38,987 bases of DNA from Candidatus Nanohaloarchaea archaeon (GTDB lineage Archaea; Nanohalarchaeota; Nanosalinia; Nanosalinales; Nanosalinaceae), in assembly GCA_042217665.1 (NCBI GenBank), contig JBDGSH010000075.1:1-38987 (forward strand), written 5' to 3'. The notes below the pieces were generated by a model. That model was not told the DNA's origin. It did no database searches and worked only from the letters and a program-made list of their open reading frames with translations. Of this stretch, positions 32,801 to 38,961 are shown piece by piece; position 1 is the stretch's first letter, and each line of letters begins with the position of its first letter. The translations under genes were made by a program, and so were the position numbers.

Positions 32801-35800
32801 ACGCGTGTGACCAGGTTTGAGGTGTTGGAGCTTTCAGGTTTGTTTATTGTGACCGGTTTTCTGTTGCGCCATTCTGTGTTCCACCAGGGCTTGGAGGTGT
32901 TGCCTTGGATCAGGCTTGTCTCTACTGATGCGTCTCTATGGTTTCCGTACTTGTCTCTGGTTCTCAACACTGTTTTAACTTTTTCTCCGTATTTGTAGCT
33001 TTCTCTGGATATATTGGTGTTTGAAACTATCTTTGTGATCTCTCTGGCTGTTACACTGTACTGGAGAGTTGTATTTTTGTTTCCAGCTGCGTCGCTGCAT
33101 TTGATATTGAAGTTGTACTGGTCTCTGGAGAGGCTTGGCGTAAAGCTCTGTGTGTTTGTTTTTAAAACTGTGTTGTCGATTTCTGTGATGCTTCCGTTGA
33201 GGTAGAGGGAGCATCTGTCGATTCCGGATGCGTCGCTTACTTCGTAGCTGATGGTTGGCTCCAGACTGACTATTGACCGGTTTTCAGGTGCTGTTACCTG
33301 GATTGAGGGCGGTGTTGTATCGTTTACCTGTAGCTGGAGCGTCTTCGATGCTGAGGTGTAGTTTCTGTTTCCGGGTATTTTCGCCTTTACTTCATAGTTT
33401 CCGGGCGTCTTTATTTCTCTGATCTGTTCTAGATGCGCTGTGCCTGAGGCTATTTCTCTGCTGTCAAGGTAAAGTTGGATGGTGCCTTGGTCAGGGACTT
33501 CTGCTTCAGCTGTTATATTGATTTTATTGTCTTCGTTCATTGAGTAGCTGGTTGAAGAGCCGTTGATCAACAGGTTGAGCTGTGCCTGTCTTTTTTCCAC
33601 CGTGTATGTTTTCCAGGAGGTCGAGTTCTGGTTGCCTTCATTGTCTTCTGCGTGCCAACGGTACCTGTACGTTCCCGCCGGCAAGTCTTGAACGCTGAAG
33701 CTGTAGGTATCTGTTAGAGAAGTTATGGAAGTGTTTTCCATGTTTCCTGTGAAGTTGGATTCGAACTTGACTGTTTCAACATTGTAATTGTCTTTCCAGG
33801 TTGCGTTGAAGCTGTATCGGCGTCCTGACCGGTATGTAACCGGGGAAACCGGTTTCTCTGATTTCTGGGTCCAGTAGGGCGGTTGAGTGTCGACTTTGAT
33901 CGTGTAGTTTTTGTCGTTGAATGCTTTGTTGCCGGAAAGATCCTGACACTGTATGTTCCACGTGTAGACTCCATCCTGAACTGTTTTCGTAAAACTGTTA
34001 GTCTGATGTGTTCGCGGCTGTTGATCGGTTTCGCTTTGTGTGAAGCTGCCGGAGAAGTTTCCGTAGAGTGAGCAGGTGTCCAGGTTTCGGTCCTGTGGCG
34101 TGTATTGGAAGTTTAGCTGGCTGGAGCTGAGTGAGGCTTCGTCTCTCGGTGTTTCCAGGCTGATCCGGGGTTTTGTGGTGTCTACTGTGAAGTTGGCGGT
34201 TGTGGAGTTGCCTGTGTTGGTTTGAGTGCTGTTGTCGGTGCATGATACGCTCCAGCTGGTTTTACCTTCCGGAACGGTTGTTTGGAACGTGTTAGGCTCC
34301 AGGTTTTGTACGTTGTTGTCGGTCTGGTTTTGTGTTCCGTTGAGACGGAGGCTGCAGCTTTGGATTCCTGTTGCGTCGCTTGGCGTATAGTTGAATTCTA
34401 CGTTTCTCTGTGAGAGGTATTTGTTGACCGGCGAGTTTAGTTCTACAAGTGGAGGGTCCTCATCGTCCGCTTGAACATCCAGGTGGTAGGTCTTTGAGGT
34501 GTTTGTGTATCCGTTGATGTCCTGGCAGCTGAAGCTCCATGTGTGGTTGCCGTCCTGAACGAGTGAGGTGAACTGGAAGGAGCTCTGACCGGTGACTTGT
34601 TTCGTGTCCCTTTTTTGACCATCTAGGTAGAGGCTGCAGGTATCTACTTTCGATATTTTGTCGGAGGCAGTGCCGTAGAAGTCTATATTGTTTGTATTGG
34701 CGTAGAAGCTTTCGTTGGGAGGTCCGTAGATCTGTACTGACGGCTTGGACAGGTCTACTCCGGTCGAGTAATTTTTTTGTGGTTTGAAAGTGTTTCCAGC
34801 AGTGTCTTCACATTGAATGTTCCAAACGTAGTTGCCTTCAGGCGCTGTCTGCTGGAAGCTGTTTTCTCCGTTAGTTACTGTTCCCTCAATCATTTCCTGT
34901 TCATAGCTTCCTGAAAAGTTGGTGTAAAGCGTGCAGCTTTGCAGATGTGGATCATTTACCGTATAGTTGAAGGTTATGGAGGTCTTTGTGAAGTAGGAGT
35001 TGTTTTCGGGCGATTGAATTGATAAATCGGGTGCTGCGTTGTCGGTGGTGTATCTGTAGGTTGGTGTGGATGTTTTTGCTCCGAATCTGTCGTATGCTGT
35101 TATTTTCCAGAAGTATTGTTGGTTTTCTTTCAGCAGCTGAGTGATTTCCTTATCCGTGTCGCTGATAGACGTGGTTTTGAAGCGTTGAGGTGTTGGAAAG
35201 CTTTTTTGCTGGTCGAAAAGTATCGTGTAGTTCTTGAAATGCGGTTCCACGGTTTCAGTCCATACAATAGTAGGTGTTACGTCCTGTGAAACTGTTTGAT
35301 TTGATGGAACCATCAATGAGAACTGTTGAGGCGGTGATTTAGTGACGTTGAAGCTTAACGCTGGATCTTCAACCCTTGTGTTGTTGTACTGGTCCGTGGC
35401 GGCGATCTGTGTGATGTTGTAGATGCCTGTCTGAAGCGTGTCGTCGAATGCCAGTCTGTAGCCGGATTCTGTTGTTTTTTCCAGTTTGAAGCTTTTTTTG
35501 GTTCCGTTCGGATATTTTACCGTGGTGTTAACGTTTTTTACAGTGTTTTCGTCGTTTACTGTTACGTTCAGCTTAACTGTTTCTGTGTGGTTGATTTCTG
35601 TAGTGTTCAGCTGCGGGTTCTGGATTTCTGGCTTTCTTCCGATGTCGAGACAGCTTCCTTCGCTGTAGTAACCGGACTCGGATGTTCCATCGGAGGCTTT
35701 GGCTCTTAGCTGGACACATTCCTGTTCTTCAAGGTTTTGAACGTTCCATGTAATGTCCCCTCCTTCGCTGTGAGATCCTGCTGAAACCCATTTTTCGCCG

Positions 35801-37035
35801 TCTATATTGAGTTTTAGCTGTGAAATGTTGATTCTATCTATGCCTCCGACGTCTCCATCAAAGTTAACCCCTTTCAGCCTTATTTTCTGGTTTTCAGCGT
35901 TTTTCCATGCGTCCAGGATGCCTGAATTGTTGATTTTTAGTTTGGAGGTTTTCTGATCGGTGCTTCTGATGTTTTCGCCGTATTTCTGTGGCAGGGAGAG
36001 GTTTCCCAGCTTCTGCCAGTCTACTCCGTTCCAGGCTTCAATCTTTATTGACGGTGGCGCGGTCTCTGTACCTGAACCTAGAGAGCTGTATTCATTGATT
36101 GTTGCATTGAGCTTTGCTTCATCGATACGTGTGTAGTCTGACTCTGTGAAGTTGTAGTAGGTGTAGCTTGTTTCTTTGTTTTCTACAGGCTGTGGTGCGT
36201 CGTATTTTACTTCCATTTCCGCCCAGTGTAGGTACACGTGGCCTTCTGCACTCCAGCTTGACTCATCGTACATAGCCTGGAGCTTTGTGTTGTTTAAACT
36301 GTTCCAGCTCAGTGAGGAGTACTCTGAGGTGATGTTAAACCATTTGGATGTTGTTAGGGGGATTGAGGTCTGTCCGTAAGGCGTTGATCCTGAGATGTCT
36401 TCGGTGTATCCGCTGCCTGTTGAGTGTCTGAATCGGTATGCTCCCTCCCAGTCCCGTATTTCTCCAACTGAGTACCTGTAACGGATTCTAACTGACTTAA
36501 TGTTTGAGCCGCTGATCGAGGAAGGTATAAATCCTGTTGCATGGGCTGCATCGACCTGTGCTGCGTTTCCGTTATCGTTTCCTGTATCTGCTTTGGTTGA
36601 GTCGTCTTTTCCTAGCATTCCCTGAAGATTTACTGCGTTGCCCTGGTCTAGAACTGCTTCTCTGGCGTGGAAGGATTCTGTTACCTCTCTCTCGTTTAAA
36701 TGAACTGTTTTGGATATTTCTGTGTTGTTGGTGTATGTAGAGTTTTTTTCCAGCGATGTTTCCAGGTGGTATGTTATTGGATCGTTTTCCGGGTCTGTTG
36801 CTCCGGATGCTTCTAACGTAACGTTATTTGAAACTGTTTTTTGGCAGATACCGTTGTCGCAGTCGATGTTAGTTGGTATGCTTGGCGGGGATCCTGCTGC
36901 AATTGTTAGTAGGGTTGTTGAGACAGCTATAATCAGGAAAGCGGTGAGACGGGAGGCTTTAGGCGGATTTGCCTGGTTTATCTGGTTTTGCTTTTGTCTC
37001 TTTTTTTCCGTCATCTTTTTTGTTCGACCTCTCAC
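29794..37035 (-). CDS. Giant secreted surface protein (2413 aa): duplicated novel module, FN3/Ig-like domains, Cys-pair Ig-like repeat array, DUF2341-like, shared C-terminal module
   Basis: A single uninterrupted ORF. The basic N-terminus is followed by anchor/signal LTAFLIIAVSTTLLTIAAGS. The track start is GTG 37035, with GGAG 6 nt upstream; ATG 37014 is an alternative. Domain motifs are listed as sub-features. Confidence 0.9.
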   Translation of the reverse strand: MRGRTKKMTEKKRQKQNQINQANPPKASRLTAFLIIAVSTTLLTIAAGSPPSIPTNIDCDNGICQKTVSNNVTLEASGATDPENDPITYHLETSLEKNSTYTNNTEISKTVHLNEREVTESFHAREAVLDQGNAVNLQGMLGKDDSTKADTGNDNGNAAQVDAAHATGFIPSSISGSNIKSVRIRYRYSVGEIRDWEGAYRFRHSTGSGYTEDISGSTPYGQTSIPLTTSKWFNITSEYSSLSWNSLNNTKLQAMYDESSWSAEGHVYLHWAEMEVKYDAPQPVENKETSYTYYNFTESDYTRIDEAKLNATINEYSSLGSGTETAPPSIKIEAWNGVDWQKLGNLSLPQKYGENIRSTDQKTSKLKINNSGILDAWKNAENQKIRLKGVNFDGDVGGIDRINISQLKLNIDGEKWVSAGSHSEGGDITWNVQNLEEQECVQLRAKASDGTSESGYYSEGSCLDIGRKPEIQNPQLNTTEINHTETVKLNVTVNDENTVKNVNTTVKYPNGTKKSFKLEKTTESGYRLAFDDTLQTGIYNITQIAATDQYNNTRVEDPALSFNVTKSPPQQFSLMVPSNQTVSQDVTPTIVWTETVEPHFKNYTILFDQQKSFPTPQRFKTTSISDTDKEITQLLKENQQYFWKITAYDRFGAKTSTPTYRYTTDNAAPDLSIQSPENNSYFTKTSITFNYTVNDPHLQSCTLYTNFSGSYEQEMIEGTVTNGENSFQQTAPEGNYVWNIQCEDTAGNTFKPQKNYSTGVDLSKPSVQIYGPPNESFYANTNNIDFYGTASDKISKVDTCSLYLDGQKRDTKQVTGQSSFQFTSLVQDGNHTWSFSCQDINGYTNTSKTYHLDVQADDEDPPLVELNSPVNKYLSQRNVEFNYTPSDATGIQSCSLRLNGTQNQTDNNVQNLEPNTFQTTVPEGKTSWSVSCTDNSTQTNTGNSTTANFTVDTTKPRISLETPRDEASLSSSQLNFQYTPQDRNLDTCSLYGNFSGSFTQSETDQQPRTHQTNSFTKTVQDGVYTWNIQCQDLSGNKAFNDKNYTIKVDTQPPYWTQKSEKPVSPVTYRSGRRYSFNATWKDNYNVETVKFESNFTGNMENTSITSLTDTYSFSVQDLPAGTYRYRWHAEDNEGNQNSTSWKTYTVEKRQAQLNLLINGSSTSYSMNEDNKINITAEAEVPDQGTIQLYLDSREIASGTAHLEQIREIKTPGNYEVKAKIPGNRNYTSASKTLQLQVNDTTPPSIQVTAPENRSIVSLEPTISYEVSDASGIDRCSLYLNGSITEIDNTVLKTNTQSFTPSLSRDQYNFNIKCSDAAGNKNTTLQYSVTAREITKIVSNTNISRESYKYGEKVKTVLRTRDKYGNHRDASVETSLIQGNTSKPWWNTEWRNRKPVTINKPESSNTSNLVTRVNITGLNNQIDTCREIRIVKTVNASTTEVPSQIDSGNNATWCQASFLVDTNKGTTKDTRFMAYYDNPSAAKPGYSLNIPETHVFYAGDAVKDTGVVSDLNALIGRDDTNATAIGNSQGGSPIDGAAHGQNFVSNFDTGKIQGAWIRYRYSVTNFAGWEANYMLRHSTGNGYTTDIQGSSNVQKTSSPWINITNEYPELTWNNIDQTKLQGYYDETGYGEDGFVNLFWTAVNVSYPENTNTETGKTQTLKTTKTVVTDTQKTNLTFDTRKYSPGNYSTVSVASSPRFKSSTSHDTFKITEDTQPPIITNTDTVPKASGYTQNGKTYVLQQKGAELQLEAEDNVRLKEATLATNETGSWQNKTSYSSPKNLDATEPLNISFNWKNKSISEGTTVAWRVWVKDSSANTNVTKTGEFEVVKGNDLKVNLTQETGETLKDSNVTIKANGKTIYNYKISQQKSIQLPQNRNYSITTEAQVGSKKAAFTLYNFSTQQTTNIQQQLVQNYNAKNLENVETIETVYALNETGLNFGKAQLKLPKMGISPNIILHCTDWNYTTRKCSNWQKNKTSAYPHRENSTHFTFNVTKFDAYGLSEGTPVPNITDIEIYNVTDLSQQKQETGGTLIASGLNKTYNIRQQKENAEYRLEFQIRNDGDTAWQIQSEDILKHSGLNKTWNVEKIWYNISGIIREGGTLQNKNITWNTSLGGELTTGSTMTARYIVNTTVNIKQQLDLKFRVEDSSQNSGSTDQHKLNISKTGFIDIKINEPPENTVVPKGEVFTANATIQCREGVCGETNATIRYNETGEADTLIPEGSGTPFHLNETNLKTCGALTSENCTKTWQVNATADLGTEHLIDVNTSSTRAKPSDSPDRKITVNQAMMIDLGFNKVSFGTLAPGQQNKSAKGNNQSLYNITVPENSVTVDRLYIRGTNLTTGGWGNYTIPAQNISYAKQNSLNQENTLLNSYSRLASNIPSGTNVTTYYWIDIPEGLKSANYQGKLYFKANETQ
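29797..30549 (-). other. C-terminal module shared with the 2861-aa protein
   Basis: See the alignment given for 21225-21983. The four Cys and the RYN, W(Q/K)VNA and H(L/V)IDV blocks are conserved. Both proteins end in a Y-G-(K/T)-L-x-(F/I)-K-(A/V)-N beta strand. Confidence 0.7.
32098..32556 (-). other. Unrecognised ~155-aa module, copy 2 (aa ~1494-1646)
   Basis: ...LNALIGRDDTNATAIGN...IDGAAHGQNF...IQGAWIRYRYSVTNFAGWEANYMLRHSTGNGYTTDIQGS...TSSPWINITNEYPELTWNNIDQTKLQGYYDET...GFVNLFWTAVNVSY. Checked by translating 32310-32380 directly. Confidence 0.6.
32596..32892 (-). other. DUF2341-like domain (aa ~1382-1480)
   Basis: KPWWNTEWRNRKPVTINKPE...LVTRVNITGL...CREIRIVKTVNASTTEVPSQID...WCQASFLVDT...DTRFMAYYDNPSA. 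Confidence 0.6.
33880..35037 (-). repeat. Array of four tandem ~95-aa Ig-like repeats, each with a conserved Cys pair (aa ~667-1052); a fifth copy lies at aa ~1241-1330 (33046-33315)
   Basis: Each unit reads (K/A)P.(L/V/I)S(I/L)..P.N......(I/V/L).F.YT..D...(Q/D).C(T/S)L(Y/R).N.....Q........N.F......(D/E)G...W.(I/V).C.D..GN. Examples of the Cys pairs: SCTLY...WNIQCEDTAGN, TCSLYLDG...WSFSCQDINGY, SCSLRLNG...WSVSCTDNS, TCSLYGNF...WNIQCQDLSGN, RCSLYLNG...FNIKCSDAAGN. Confidence 0.75.
36199..36672 (-). other. Unrecognised ~155-aa module, copy 1 (aa ~122-279)
   Basis: ...LQGMLGKDDSTKA..GN...VDAAHATGF...IKSVRIRYRYSVGEIRDWEGAYRFRHSTGSGYTEDISGS...TSKWFNITSEYSSLSWNSLNNTKLQAMYDES...GHVYLHWAEMEVKY. Confidence 0.6.
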
Positions 37036-37129
37036 GCCGTCTCCGTTTTGAAGCCTCTTTAAGGGCTTAAATCGGTTGAGAACTGTATAGATATGCGGTT
37101 TATAGGTTTAAGAAGGTTGTGAACCGTCT

Positions 37130-37558
37130 CTACTTTAGGATTTCCGGGTCGTGGAGGATTGTGGCGCCGGCGACGATTCCGAGGATTGAGAGAAGGGTTA
37201 TCCATTGATAGATTTTTGAGCCAGATCTGAGGCCCTCTTCCACTTCTTCTAGATTTTCTGTGGCGTTCTGTGCTGTTCTGAATGCCTCCGCCGCTGTTAG
37301 GTAACGTGGCGCCAGGTTTGTGCCTTCTACGCTTTCCAGTGCTTCTAGACTTTCCTGGAAGTCTTGGCCTTGTATTATTGTCGATGCTTTGTTGAGTTCT
37401 GTGTTTGCAGCGTCTAGTTCTTTGGCTGCTGACTGTAGTTCGAGTACTGTGGGAACTGTTACCGCTAGAATTGCTGCTGATGCGACTAGAAGTGTTTTGC
37501 CCAGTTCTTTTCTGTCGATTCCGTACTGTTTCTCCAGTTTCTGTAGTAAGCGTTTCAC
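37130..37558 (-). CDS. Small membrane protein (two TM helices flanking a helical loop), unknown function
   Basis: Only the C-terminal 142 codons of track ORF 37130..37978 look coding (VKRLLQKLEKQYGIDRKELGKTLLVASAAILAVTVPTVL...KIYQWITLLSILGIVAGATIL). The start is GTG 37558. AGAAAG-TTTAAA (BRE-like plus TATA, complement of 37581-37592) lies ~25 nt upstream. The longer N-terminus is antisense to a better plus-strand gene. Confidence 0.55.
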   Translation of the reverse strand: MKRLLQKLEKQYGIDRKELGKTLLVASAAILAVTVPTVLELQSAAKELDAANTELNKASTIIQGQDFQESLEALESVEGTNLAPRYLTAAEAFRTAQNATENLEEVEEGLRSGSKIYQWITLLSILGIVAGATILHDPEILK

Positions 37559-37580
37559 ACCGGTGTTTTTGGCTTGGTGG

Positions 37581-37586
37581 TTTAAA
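37581..37586 (-). promoter_or_regulatory. TATA box (with purine-rich BRE-like AGAAAG) for the 37558 gene
   Basis: TTTAAA is centred ~25 nt upstream of GTG 37558. It is part of a direct repeat, GTGGTTTAAA, at 37577-37586 and 37603-37612. Confidence 0.45.
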
Positions 37587-37606
37587 CTTTCTCGGTGTAT
37601 AAGTGG

Positions 37607-37613
37607 TTTAAAA
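37607..37613 (+). promoter_or_regulatory. TATA box for the 37637 gene (leaderless spacing)
   Basis: TTTAAAA ends 24 nt upstream of ATG 37637. Confidence 0.45.
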
Positions 37614-37636
37614 GTTTCACAGCCTAAGTTTTTGGC

Positions 37637-38041
37637 ATGGTTAAGATCTGGATGGTTTTCGAAGCTGTCGGACCCGACAAGAAAGGAGTAGAAAAGTCGA
37701 TGGAAGATCACGTTGAGTCCATTGAAGCTAAGGATGGATGTGAAATTCTTGAAAGAGAGAGCGGAGAGCTTGAAGAGATGGAGGATCCACATCCAGGACT
37801 TGATAAAGGGTTTTCTCAGGTTTTGGAGCTTGAGATCGAGTTTAAGGACTTTTACCAGGCTATCGAGACCGTTATTAATTACGGGCCGACGTATGTCCAG
37901 TTTGAGGAGCCTGATTCGTATGATCTGGAGTTGAAGGAGGCTCAGGACGTGCTTCAGCGTGTTACGAATATGATGCATCAGTATGCGCAGATGGGTGCTG
38001 GCGGCGTCCTGGTTTCTCGGAGCGGTTCCGAGGAATCTTAA
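37637..38041 (+). CDS. Small acidic cytoplasmic protein, unknown function
   Basis: 134-aa ORF with the acidic, mixed alpha/beta-looking composition typical of this window's cytosolic proteins (KIWMVFEAVGPDKKGVEKSMEDHVESIEAKDG...FYQAIETVINYGPTYVQFEEPD). It has an ATG start at leaderless spacing from a TATA box. No family was recognised. Confidence 0.6.
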   Translation: MVKIWMVFEAVGPDKKGVEKSMEDHVESIEAKDGCEILERESGELEEMEDPHPGLDKGFSQVLELEIEFKDFYQAIETVINYGPTYVQFEEPDSYDLELKEAQDVLQRVTNMMHQYAQMGAGGVLVSRSGSEES

Positions 38042-38043
38042 AG

Positions 38044-38050
38044 TATTTAT
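38044..38050 (+). promoter_or_regulatory. TATA-like box for the membrane wHTH regulator gene
   Basis: TATTTAT is centred 27 nt upstream of ATG 38074, which argues against the track GTG start at 38065. Confidence 0.4.
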
Positions 38051-38073
38051 GGATAGCTTTTCCAGTGATTACC

Positions 38074-38961
38074 ATGAGAAAGCTGGCTTTGACAGTTTCA
38101 GTCTTCTTGTTTCTAGGTCTGGCCAGCGCTACGACTATCTCCCAACAAGAAGTCAAGATCAACCTTGAGAAACAGACTGTCTCCATTGAGGTTAAAGTTA
38201 AGGAGCTGACAACCGAGTCATTCACATACCTCTCCTCTTATCCGGTCAAAGACTCAAGGATCAGGATAGGAGGCAAAAAGAAAAACTGTAGGGTGGAAAG
38301 TGTGGAGTCAGGCTACGAGATCAGCTGCCCGACAGATCTGAAAAAGAACTTTACAGTGAAAATAAGCTTCGAAACCTCAGAATTAACCACCAGCAAACAG
38401 AATCTCAGAATTTTTCAATACTCCAAAACTTTTTACCGGCCTACAGAGAGCTACCGGCTTAAAACAGTTCTGCCTCCGGGAACTGCGCTCTTATCCAGCA
38501 ACAATTATACGATGCCTATTGTATCGCCCGCTGACTACGAGACAGGCAGCGACGGCAGAAATATTTTCATTGAATGGAGTATAAAGCCTCAGGTCGGGGA
38601 AACTGCTTCGTTCACCGCTGCTTACGAGCGTGTGGCCGATTCCACAAACTACTGGAACTACCTGGCGATTTTCCTGGGATTAATAATTTTCTCAGGTGGT
38701 TCATACTTCGGCTACCGTTACTTGACCCGCGAGAGCATTGATTCACTGTATGACAGCCTTGATGACGACGAGGTCCGTGTCTTGAAGCTGCTTGTGGAGA
38801 ACAACGGCGGTATGTTGCAGAAAGATATTGTAGACGAGCTTGAGTACTCTAAAGCGAAGGTTTCGGAGGTTATATCCGGTCTAGTCGACGAAGACATCCT
38901 TGCGAAGGAGAAAGAGGGTAGAAGCAACAAGTTGAAGATTTCACGCAAATACAGTTACTGA
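38074..38961 (+). CDS. Membrane-anchored transcriptional regulator: signal/anchor, extracytoplasmic domain, TM, cytoplasmic winged-helix (MarR/ArsR-like; COG2512-type architecture)
   Basis: N-terminal signal MRKLALTVSVFLFLGLASA. A ~190-aa beta-rich extracytoplasmic domain. TM YLAIFLGLIIFSGGSYFGYRY. C-terminal wHTH DEVRVLKLLVENNGGMLQKDIVDELEYSKAKVSEVISGLVDEDILAKEKEGRSNKLKI. Confidence 0.7.
   Translation: MRKLALTVSVFLFLGLASATTISQQEVKINLEKQTVSIEVKVKELTTESFTYLSSYPVKDSRIRIGGKKKNCRVESVESGYEISCPTDLKKNFTVKISFETSELTTSKQNLRIFQYSKTFYRPTESYRLKTVLPPGTALLSSNNYTMPIVSPADYETGSDGRNIFIEWSIKPQVGETASFTAAYERVADSTNYWNYLAIFLGLIIFSGGSYFGYRYLTRESIDSLYDSLDDDEVRVLKLLVENNGGMLQKDIVDELEYSKAKVSEVISGLVDEDILAKEKEGRSNKLKISRKYSY

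Noticed and set aside
21222-37035. Diversity-generating retroelement, phase-variation or nuclease/protease (SPEARE-like) content in the giant genes.
   Set aside because: No reverse transcriptase ORF, no template/variable repeat pair, and no long homopolymer or invertible-repeat structure was seen. I could recognise no serine-protease or endonuclease catalytic motif by eye. A formal repeat and HMM search would be needed to be sure.
37559-37978. The N-terminal 140 codons of track ORF 37130..37978 (minus strand).
   Set aside because: This part is antisense to the better-looking acidic plus-strand gene 37637..38041, and it reads as L/K/I-rich low-complexity sequence. A GTG at 37558 with a BRE/TATA at leaderless spacing gives a sensible 142-aa membrane protein.
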